This document shows positions 8,807 through 16,334 of a stretch of 32,000 nt of DNA, in pieces. Below the pieces are notes generated by a model, which had not been told where the DNA came from, ran no database searches, and saw only the letters and a program-made list of their open reading frames with translations. The translations under genes and the position numbers were made by a program. This DNA is from Alphaproteobacteria bacterium (lineage in GTDB: Bacteria; Pseudomonadota; Alphaproteobacteria; Rs-D84), in NCBI GenBank assembly GCA_009784275.1, contig WRCA01000003.1, forward strand, positions 38,817-70,816. The letters are read 5' to 3'. Every line of letters begins with the position of its first letter. Within the stretch, counting starts at the first letter, position 1.

Positions 8807-11599
8807 TTAGAACTCCATACCTACACGATATCCAACCTCCGTAGTGTCACCTGCCAGACGGCATTTTATCTTGCTTCCGATGCTGTCATACCATTCTTTA
8901 TATGCTGCATCTTGCTTGTCTTTTTCAAGCTGGTTCGCCTTTTCTTTTATGGCATTGGCTGTTTCAACACCACCCCATATTCCACCGGCAGTTCCCAACG
9001 CACCCAATGTAATCGCACCGGCAGTACCCCAAGCTTTATGCTGCTTTTCACGATCCGACTTAACACCGGCTTCTCGTGCAGTCTTATCTTTCGTCAGTGC
9101 ACTAATCATTCCTCTGATTTTTCCGGCAGTGTTAGCGGCATCATCATCTGATTGCTCTGATTGCTCTTCGCAAGTATAACCAGAGAATTCTCTACCATCA
9201 AGATTGCACATAGCTGGTTCTTTCGCGATTACCTTACTTTTTTTGCCATATTTTTCAGAGCACCAATCCAAATCACGTGCCACAGCATCTGCATTAGTTA
9301 GGCATTGGTTAATTTCTCGCATTTTTTCGTCATTCTTCTGCGCTTTTTTATCACCACTACTGGCGATCTTGTCACCCAGCGTATATCCGCCCCAGGCTCC
9401 CAATCCACCGCCTGCCAGGCCAGCAATGACCCCTACCAGGGAACCAACCTTGTTGGCACGTGCATTATCCTTTTTCACTTCATCTTTTGACCTAGCTTCA
9501 GATTCACGAATTTTTGCTTCTATGTTATCCAAACATGTTTCGGTTAACCATTCCCCACAACCTACAACCAAACCTACATTCTTTTCGCCCCAGAAAGAAT
9601 AGATGCAACCATCAATATTCTTTACAGGTTGATTTTTAATCAATATCGTAAGTGTAGCTTCGCGCTGGCAAGCCCCACCAAAGGTATCTTCGGTCGCTTT
9701 TCGCCTTGTTCCCTGTTTGTCGGTTTGATTCGGCAATGCAGTCCATGCATACCCTTCCCCAGCATCTTTACAAGCAGTCTTGGCTTCATTTGCTTTTCTT
9801 TCAAACATGCTTTGCACGCGCGTGCCTATATCAGCAACCAGAGTTCCAAATATATTACGTTCTTGCTCTGCGCACATTGCAATAAACTTGGCATCCGCAC
9901 TGACTGTTGCAGTGGGCAAGTCACCCAGGGAATATGTATAATTCGGGCTGCAGAATGAAAGCGTGCTGGATGATGACGATGAGGCTGACAACCAAGCATT
10001 TCGTGCGCCACTGGATGTTCCCCAAGAATCTGCACTCGCCCCCGATGATTTCTTTGCATATTCAACGTCGAAAAATTCTCTACAGCTTTTATCTTTCTTT
10101 ACTTCCAGCAAACATAATCCTTTGGCCATTTCTCCGTCAAATCCGCCATTCCAAGCCTTTCCGGTCACAACACCGTTAACAACTGTTTTGCTTTTCATGT
10201 TTTTTGCATCAATACTGGATATAAAGCAAGCGGTATAATCCGGGGCGCATTCATTTGTAACGCAATCTTCTGCCACAGTTTGGCATGCTCGGCGCATATT
10301 AGCAACCATGTCTTCATTAAACATTTCCGACAATTCTGTACTTAGTCCCGAAATCGCGCCAATAGAATCTTGTATCCAAATTTTATCCCATGCCTCCGAT
10401 GGGCTACCGCCCTTACTGACAAAGACATCCAAGCAGCTTTGATTATTTTTAATCACATTTTCGCACTGGGCGGTAATCCCCGCACCTGCTTTGCCTTTTA
10501 TGTCCACTTTGCCGGACTGAACATCTTTGGATAATCCATAACACCGCGCATAACTACCTTCGCCGCAAGCATTAACCGCACAGTTTCGCATTGCGATTTT
10601 ACAAGTATTCGCCGAAGCCAATGCTGCCGTTGCCGCCCATTCTTTTATTCTGGACTGATTCATCTTGAATCGCGCATTAACACCGGTTTCCATTATATTT
10701 CTATATACTCTGTCTATAGAACTACGGTCTATCAGATCGGCTTCTTTTGCCAATGTGCCTTCTACTACCATAAAGCATGATTCATCAGAGCCAATGGTTT
10801 CGCGGCATTGTTCCCTTAAATAGCTATTTACATTGCTGCTGCCCCAACCCAGATTTTTCATATAATTCATTATAATATTGGGATTCAAGCGCAAACCTGT
10901 TTCAGATGAATCAACTATATTCACCATATTATTGGCATCATCATTTGTAAAGCCATCAACATCGATACATTTATGCGGCGAACCGGCACATGCTTGTTTT
11001 ATACAGTCATCCGCAGTTTCGTTACAACTTTTTACAGAATTTGCCGATGCCCAGCTGTTGCCTTCTTTTATCCACATCTGCACCGGGCTGTCCCCCGCAA
11101 CTGCTATATCTTGCAAAGCCGGCGAGAACGAGCGTTTTACAACCACAGATTCTTCTTCGCAAATCGCGCGATTGGCAACAGATGAATCATCACTGGTCGT
11201 TACAGAATTTCCAAACAGCGCCTTTATTCCATCCGCAGGGCATCTAGCCAACTCGTCCTGACACAAAATTCTTTTCTTATTAAATTGCTTTATGTTAGAG
11301 CAAAGCTGAAAATTTTCTTTACAAACATCGCCGCTCCGCAAGCAGCCTTCGTATTCCCGGACGCAATCACTGGTGGAAAATCTTTTCTTCAGTGGTTCCG
11401 CGCAAGTCGCCAACAGTCCGGCATCGACCGAAACCGTGCCGATTGTTCGAATGCCCGAAAGCCCTGCCAAGCTGGGCAGCCGCGCCGCCGTCGCAGGACG
11501 TGCAGTTGGTGTCCCAACATAGCTGACAGCCCCCGCATCACCAAACGAAATGACGGACGCCAACGGCAAAACAAGACCAACAATTAATGCTTTTTTCAT
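8807..11599 (-). CDS. giant cysteine-rich secreted/envelope protein (hypothetical)
   Basis: ORF 8807..11635. I prefer ATG 11599 (MKKALIVGLVLPLASVISFGDAGA, a signal peptide, with an AGGTG SD 5 nt upstream). I count about 38 Cys, including three copies of a C-x6-C-x4-C-x6/7-C module. Two glycine-zipper-like hydrophobic segments lie near the C-terminus (VGSLVGVIAGLAGGGLGAWGG; AWGTAGAITLGALGTAGGIWGG). The protein ends GYRVGMEF. Confidence 0.85.
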   Translation of the reverse strand: MKKALIVGLVLPLASVISFGDAGAVSYVGTPTARPATAARLPSLAGLSGIRTIGTVSVDAGLLATCAEPLKKRFSTSDCVREYEGCLRSGDVCKENFQLCSNIKQFNKKRILCQDELARCPADGIKALFGNSVTTSDDSSVANRAICEEESVVVKRSFSPALQDIAVAGDSPVQMWIKEGNSWASANSVKSCNETADDCIKQACAGSPHKCIDVDGFTNDDANNMVNIVDSSETGLRLNPNIIMNYMKNLGWGSSNVNSYLREQCRETIGSDESCFMVVEGTLAKEADLIDRSSIDRVYRNIMETGVNARFKMNQSRIKEWAATAALASANTCKIAMRNCAVNACGEGSYARCYGLSKDVQSGKVDIKGKAGAGITAQCENVIKNNQSCLDVFVSKGGSPSEAWDKIWIQDSIGAISGLSTELSEMFNEDMVANMRRACQTVAEDCVTNECAPDYTACFISSIDAKNMKSKTVVNGVVTGKAWNGGFDGEMAKGLCLLEVKKDKSCREFFDVEYAKKSSGASADSWGTSSGARNAWLSASSSSSSTLSFCSPNYTYSLGDLPTATVSADAKFIAMCAEQERNIFGTLVADIGTRVQSMFERKANEAKTACKDAGEGYAWTALPNQTDKQGTRRKATEDTFGGACQREATLTILIKNQPVKNIDGCIYSFWGEKNVGLVVGCGEWLTETCLDNIEAKIRESEARSKDEVKKDNARANKVGSLVGVIAGLAGGGLGAWGGYTLGDKIASSGDKKAQKNDEKMREINQCLTNADAVARDLDWCSEKYGKKSKVIAKEPAMCNLDGREFSGYTCEEQSEQSDDDAANTAGKIRGMISALTKDKTAREAGVKSDREKQHKAWGTAGAITLGALGTAGGIWGGVETANAIKEKANQLEKDKQDAAYKEWYDSIGSKIKCRLAGDTTEVGYRVGMEF

Positions 11600-11602
11600 T
11601 CT

Positions 11603-11630
11603 CACACCTACATTTTCATACCTACATTTT
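11603..11630. repeat. tandem 14 bp direct repeat immediately upstream of the giant gene start
   Basis: Plus strand: CACACCTACATTTT (11603..11616) and CATACCTACATTTT (11617..11630), 13/14 identical. In gene orientation these read AAAATGTAGGTATG AAAATGTAGGTGTG AGA ATG. Confidence 0.6.
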
Positions 11631-11668
11631 ATCATAAAAAGATATATAGAAAAAGGGAAAAAGAGAAA

Positions 11669-13432
11669 TTATTTCATCAAACTGTGAACAGCTGCGGCGA
11701 AGTCTGGCGCTTTGGCCAAATAGTTGCCCGATGTCAACATATCCGCGCCCGCATCCCAGCACTGCTTTGCTGTCTCTGGATTTATTCCGCCATCAACGTT
11801 GATTCTAAATTTCAGATTATGCTTCTTTCTGGTATTTGCAAGAGCTGCGACTCGTGACAAAGCCGCCGGCAAAAATTTCTGCCCGCTTGGCCCCGGCACC
11901 ACCGACATAACCGAAACATCGTCCAAGTCCCGCAAGATTGGCGCGATTATATCAATCGGACTTTCGGGGTGCAGCGCGATTCCTGCGCGCTTTCCTGCAG
12001 CCTTTATTTCTCGCAACGCACGCAATACTCCATTTGTACCGCTGGATACGATTATTGTGTCCGCGCCAGCGGCAATTGCCTCAGCCGCCCACTGGGCCGG
12101 ATTCTCGGTCATCAAGTGCACATACAGATGCGCCGTAGTATGCGCGCGAATAAATTTTATCTCGTCAATTCCGCCGAGTATTTTTTCCACATAAAATCCA
12201 TCCATCACCTCTACATGAATTATGCCGATGCCGGCATTTGCGAATTTCGCATAAGTCGCAGCATTGCGCATATCGAAAGACTGGGTGCTGGGCATTATTG
12301 GAATAATTCCGCGATGACGCTTCTTGGTTCTAACTTTGAAGAAAGCAATCACAGCATCGAAAAACTTTTCCCATTTCTTGCGGCGCGCAAGATAGCCTTG
12401 TATTCTGGCGGTTTCGCGATTCCATATAAAATCAGCGAGGGCATTTACCGCCGCAAACGGCCCCAAGTTTTCAACCTTTACGCCAAAAGCTTGCTCTATG
12501 GTATCTGCTAATCCTGGAATACCGGAACCTCCGCCGCTGATAAAGATTTTCTGAACGCGATATTTTTCCAAAGCGGGACTTAATGAAGTCTCTACGACAC
12601 TCATCATCCTGCGGAATATACCCATCGCATTATCGCTGATGTCAAATCTTGAAAATTCATATCTTGCGTCTGCCGGGGTAAACCTGTCCATTTCCGTGGT
12701 TATTAACGTCATCCCTGCGATTTTTAATCTTTCCGCTTCCGACATTGATATATGAAAAGCCTCTGACAATTTCCTGGTAATATCAATCCCGCCAATATCG
12801 AACTTTTTAAGCAGCATCGGACCGCGCGCAGTCCATACTGACACAGTTGTTGATGTTGCGCCAAAATCTATGAACGCCGCAGATTCTTTTGGAGAACGAA
12901 CAGTAGACCCCATCAGAAACATAGGGTCGAAAAAGCCTTCGGATTCCAGATGTGCTTCGCGCAACGCGGATTTCGCAAATGCCATTCCCTCATTAGGATA
13001 AGAAATCGAATGGAACAGAGAATCTAAACTTTTATCAATATGTCCCACCGCGCTGGATACATTTTGAAATCCACCCAGGTCATATCGCAATGGGATGATA
13101 TGCATCGGAAAAAAATCTTCATCCCGCGGCATTATTTGCTCTAAAACATCCTGCGGAAGTATTTTATGTTCGCCGCCCCAACTTGTCTTGCGTGAAAAAA
13201 TCTCGGACCTGACATCACCGAAATTTCCCGTAACATATGCGGAATCAAAACGCGCGCCGATTTGTTCTTCCAGGCTGTCGACCGCGGATTTCACCGCATA
13301 GGCGGCGTCCATTGACTCAAAAAAAACCGTTGCCGAAGACTTTATGCGACCAAAGCTTACACGCGCGCCAACCGCACGTACGCCGGATGATCCGATATCT
13401 AAACACAGAAAAGCCCCGTCAGTCAGATTCAT
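11669..13432 (-). CDS. ftsA: cell division protein FtsA fused to a divergent ribulose-phosphate 3-epimerase-like domain
   Basis: Single 587 aa ORF. Residues ~1-370 are an FtsA-type actin fold (CLDIGSSGVRAV, FIDFGATSTTVSVW, IFISGGGSGIPGLADTIEQAFG). An amphipathic basic helix follows (RRKKWEKFFDAVIAFFKVRTKKR). The last ~210 aa are an Rpe-like TIM barrel (PSTQSFDM, HVEVMDGFYVEK, YVHLM, MSVVPGPSGQKF, NVDGGI). The gene starts 3 nt after the ftsQ stop. Confidence 0.85.
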   Translation of the reverse strand: MNLTDGAFLCLDIGSSGVRAVGARVSFGRIKSSATVFFESMDAAYAVKSAVDSLEEQIGARFDSAYVTGNFGDVRSEIFSRKTSWGGEHKILPQDVLEQIMPRDEDFFPMHIIPLRYDLGGFQNVSSAVGHIDKSLDSLFHSISYPNEGMAFAKSALREAHLESEGFFDPMFLMGSTVRSPKESAAFIDFGATSTTVSVWTARGPMLLKKFDIGGIDITRKLSEAFHISMSEAERLKIAGMTLITTEMDRFTPADARYEFSRFDISDNAMGIFRRMMSVVETSLSPALEKYRVQKIFISGGGSGIPGLADTIEQAFGVKVENLGPFAAVNALADFIWNRETARIQGYLARRKKWEKFFDAVIAFFKVRTKKRHRGIIPIMPSTQSFDMRNAATYAKFANAGIGIIHVEVMDGFYVEKILGGIDEIKFIRAHTTAHLYVHLMTENPAQWAAEAIAAGADTIIVSSGTNGVLRALREIKAAGKRAGIALHPESPIDIIAPILRDLDDVSVMSVVPGPSGQKFLPAALSRVAALANTRKKHNLKFRINVDGGINPETAKQCWDAGADMLTSGNYLAKAPDFAAAVHSLMK

Positions 13433-13435
13433 TTC

Positions 13436-14125
13436 TTATTTTAATTTCACCAGCGGACGCGAAGTATCACGCATGTCCAGCACGCGGATCTGGCGATCCA
13501 GTATTGCATTCTGCTTATGCATTTTCTCTATTTTCTTAACAGCGTCCACGAAATTTTCTTCCGGCAGCATGATGCGAATTCCACCCATCAAGAAAATATC
13601 CCAGCGCCTGTTCTCTACAAACTCCATCTTATCCGTGCGATAAAATAAATCAGGCGCGCGGCGCATTACTGTTAAAACTTCCGAAATATCCGACGGGACT
13701 TTCCCGGAAAAAACAAGAGTGCTTTGCGGGCGCGAATCCAGCTGGCGGCTGATTGGCGTCCCGTTGGAATCCAATGGATAATATTTTTCCCCGTCTGTCC
13801 AAGCCGCAACCACGACACGCATTTTCGCGCGAACCCTAATTTCACTATTTGGCATCCGGCGAACACTGGCAAGCGCAACATCCGGATCCGCCATTATTTT
13901 TGCCAAAGCATCTTCCATATCCAAGGACTTTGCCCCAGGCGCGATATCCAGCCGTCCTGCCAGCTGCCGCGCATCCCCGCCTCCGATGGCATTAACGGAT
14001 ACTTTTTTAATAGTCGACAAAACGCCACCCTGACCCATCAAAACCATAGACATCCGCACAGCGATATAAATCGCGAGCAACACGGCAAAGCCGAACATCA
14101 GCCAAAACAAGAATTTGCTTTTCAT
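13436..14125 (-). CDS. ftsQ: cell division protein FtsQ
   Basis: 229 aa with an N-terminal TM (FLFWLMFGFAVLLAIYIAV) and a POTRA-like region. The FtsQ-type C-terminus is present (RRWDIFLMGGIRIMLPEENFVDAVKKIEKMHKQNAILDRQIRVLDMRD). It lies directly upstream of ftsA. Confidence 0.85.
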   Translation of the reverse strand: MKSKFLFWLMFGFAVLLAIYIAVRMSMVLMGQGGVLSTIKKVSVNAIGGGDARQLAGRLDIAPGAKSLDMEDALAKIMADPDVALASVRRMPNSEIRVRAKMRVVVAAWTDGEKYYPLDSNGTPISRQLDSRPQSTLVFSGKVPSDISEVLTVMRRAPDLFYRTDKMEFVENRRWDIFLMGGIRIMLPEENFVDAVKKIEKMHKQNAILDRQIRVLDMRDTSRPLVKLK

Positions 14126-14166
14126 ACAAAGGCAATTATATCACAAAAATTGAAAATCGTAATCAA

Positions 14167-14556
14167 TTACGAAGCGCGCAGCAAATATCCCCGCCGCATC
14201 ATGCATCTGCGGTAAGCCCCGACGGATTTCGAAGAAGAATTAGGCGGCACCGACATCAGCGCGCGTTGGCCGTTCTCTCTATGCTCATTCGACTGAAAGG
14301 TCACCCATAATCCATCCCAATTCGGCATCTGCGCGGATTGATTTGGACTAAGCAGCTTTGCAACACGGGATCTGGGCATATGTGCCGGGCGCGTAATCCC
14401 CAGGCAGTTTTTGTGATCGCGCACAAATTGTTCCATGGTCACGGCATCGTTTTCCCAGTTCAGCACAGTTGCATTCTCTATAAGCCCGCTGTTTGGCGAC
14501 GCGCAACCAACCAGCAAAGGCAGAATTAAGAAGGCAAAAGGCAGAAGTTTTCTCAT
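14167..14556 (-). CDS. small lipoprotein (hypothetical)
   Basis: ORF 14167..14574. I prefer ATG 14556, giving MRKLLPFAFLILPLLVGC|ASP (signal peptide plus lipobox). The mature part has two further Cys and ends RRCMMRRGYLLRAS. Confidence 0.75.
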   Translation of the reverse strand: MRKLLPFAFLILPLLVGCASPNSGLIENATVLNWENDAVTMEQFVRDHKNCLGITRPAHMPRSRVAKLLSPNQSAQMPNWDGLWVTFQSNEHRENGQRALMSVPPNSSSKSVGAYRRCMMRRGYLLRAS

Positions 14557-14645
14557 TTGCAGGAAGTATATCAAATCCGTTAATACAATAGCAATCTGAA
14601 ATTTTTGCTCTCGCCTTTTTACTTCTGACTTTTACCTTTTTTTAG

Positions 14646-14675
14646 TTGCCCAGCCGCTCGATTTAAGTCTATAAT
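14646..14675 (+). promoter_or_regulatory. candidate sigma70-type promoter for the 14699-19269 plus-strand gene string
   Basis: TTGCCC (14646..14651), an 18 nt spacer, then TATAAT (14670..14675). It lies ~24 nt upstream of an AAGGAG SD and ATG 14699, in the divergent intergenic region. The call rests on pattern match only. Confidence 0.35.
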
Positions 14676-14698
14676 GAACCGGAAAGGAGCCCCCCAGC

Positions 14699-15007
14699 AT
14701 GACCCCGGAAGAGAGATACATAAGAATTGCCGGATTTTACGAAGCGTTGAAAACTTTGTCCGCCGCAATCCGCACTCAAAAAGGCGGCATCGCGCCCGAA
14801 AATTATGCGGGGCGCTTTTTTGCCGCAGACATCTTGGAAATGTTGAATGCATACGGGGAAAAACTGGCTTCGCCGGATGCAAAGCTGAAAGCGCTGATAA
14901 AAAAATATCACATGGAATTCGAAACCATGAAAGATCTGACAACGCCGTCTAGCAAGCCTATTTACGAGATGACATTGGAAGAATTTGAAAAAGTTATGAA
15001 CATTTAA
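14699..15007 (+). CDS. small hypothetical protein (102 aa, helical-looking)
   Basis: It has the most protein-like composition of four overlapping ORFs here; the others are Arg/Cys-rich junk. An AAGGAG SD lies ~9 nt upstream. Its stop is 9 nt before the next gene start. Confidence 0.55.
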   Translation: MTPEERYIRIAGFYEALKTLSAAIRTQKGGIAPENYAGRFFAADILEMLNAYGEKLASPDAKLKALIKKYHMEFETMKDLTTPSSKPIYEMTLEEFEKVMNI

Positions 15008-15016
15008 GGGACAGAG

Positions 15017-16330
15017 ATGAAAAAAACTTTTGCCTTTTTACTTTTGCCTTTTGCGCTGCTCTGCGCTTGCACACAAATGCAATCCCGCAACCAGCCGCAA
15101 TTCGACACTATCGAGGTTATCGAGAATGTTGTCATAGACGAACGATCTGTGCCTATATTCCCGCGCAAGGCCGCGCTGACCACGGATACCGCGCGTCGGT
15201 TTGCGATAGACTTGCCCAAACGCTGTTCGGTGGACTGGGATAATCAAACAATTTTATCCACACTTCCCGCGCAGCCGGTAGAGATTATCAGGCTGAACAA
15301 AGGCGATGACCTGCCGGAATTTGATGTTGAAAATTATTCTTTCTTGAAAAAAACCGTGCCAGATGTTTTGGAAAAATTATTAAAGGGAACCAGAATAAAA
15401 GTCGTGACGACAGAAAATATGCCGGACCTTATCAGCGGGGATATTAATTCCGGAAACTTGGCCGACGCGATAGAGCTGATCTGCAGATTGGGCAAAGTTT
15501 ATTATTCATATGACGATGCGTCGAAAGAGCTGCGCATAACCAGTCGCGGAAAATGGCTGATGAAAATGCCACAGGACGAATATGTCATAATGGCCATCAT
15601 AGATGCGATGCGCGGCGCAGAAATGCGAAGCTTGCTGACGAACTGGCAAGATAAAACTATATCGTTCGAAGGCAATTATCAAACGGAAAGAGAAGTTCGC
15701 GATATCGTGGCGGATGTTGGCTCCAAGAAATATCTGATCGCCTGGGATATGGATGTTTATCGCGTATATCCGCGAACGGACAATCCGATAATCTGGATGA
15801 ATATGCTGCCCGCGTTTGGCGAAAAGAATGTAAGAATGTCGATACCTGGGGTTGTGGGGCGCACACTTGTGGTCAGCCCGGAAATCAATACTAAAACCCT
15901 GCAAGATTTCTTGGCGCAGCAAAGTAATGTGGTACTGATTTCACAGGGAACATTTGTGATACCAAATGGTTGGCAAAGTCGATTTGATATCGGGCAATGT
16001 TCGCGCGAAGACAGACTGGAAACAGATTTGATTATCGGCGCCACTGGAAAATATGGAAATTATGCGGATATGATGAAATTGGATGCAAAGGTAGTACTAC
16101 GTACACATCGCGGTGAACTGGCGTCGTACAATGTTCCAACAACATTAGGCGACAATTATGTGATAATCGGAATCCCAACGCACAGTTTTGTAACAGATCC
16201 GGAAACATTAATCAGTCCATTCGCGGAACTAGTTATATTCATGAGCCCCAGATTAATCTCGATCATAGACCGGAACGAGCCCGCCGAGAAATTATCGGGC
16301 GATGCGTTAAGAGAGTATCTAGAGGACTAA
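15017..16330 (+). CDS. lipoprotein with STN/N0-like region and possible secretin-like C-terminal domain (hypothetical)
   Basis: 437 aa starting MKKTFAFLLLPFALLCAC|TQ (lipobox). The middle region VPDVLEKLLKGTRIKVVTTENMPDLISGDINSGNLADAIELICRLGKVYYSYDDASKELRIT resembles secretin/TonB short N-terminal domains. The C-terminus (LAQQSNVVLISQGTFVIPNGWQSRFDIGQ ... NVPTTLGDNYVIIGIP ... ELVIFMSPRLI) resembles the secretin core pattern. The CDS call is solid; the function is tentative. Confidence 0.85.
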   Translation: MKKTFAFLLLPFALLCACTQMQSRNQPQFDTIEVIENVVIDERSVPIFPRKAALTTDTARRFAIDLPKRCSVDWDNQTILSTLPAQPVEIIRLNKGDDLPEFDVENYSFLKKTVPDVLEKLLKGTRIKVVTTENMPDLISGDINSGNLADAIELICRLGKVYYSYDDASKELRITSRGKWLMKMPQDEYVIMAIIDAMRGAEMRSLLTNWQDKTISFEGNYQTEREVRDIVADVGSKKYLIAWDMDVYRVYPRTDNPIIWMNMLPAFGEKNVRMSIPGVVGRTLVVSPEINTKTLQDFLAQQSNVVLISQGTFVIPNGWQSRFDIGQCSREDRLETDLIIGATGKYGNYADMMKLDAKVVLRTHRGELASYNVPTTLGDNYVIIGIPTHSFVTDPETLISPFAELVIFMSPRLISIIDRNEPAEKLSGDALREYLED

Positions 16331-16334
16331 AGTT

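Noticed and set aside
13724-14215. 163 aa plus-strand ORF antisense to ftsQ
   Set aside because: It is a shadow ORF with His/Arg/Gln-rich composition, and ftsQ on the opposite strand is well supported. The same reasoning applies to 11724..12194, 11969..12511, 25801..26373, 30962..31489, 26861..27256, 10878..11261 and 7035..7619.
14619-14952. Three alternative ORFs (14619..14942 minus, 14669..14911 minus, 14674..14952 plus) overlapping the small 14699..15007 gene
   Set aside because: They have Arg/Cys/Phe-rich junk-like composition and no SD. The 14699 frame has an SD, a plausible promoter and balanced helical composition.
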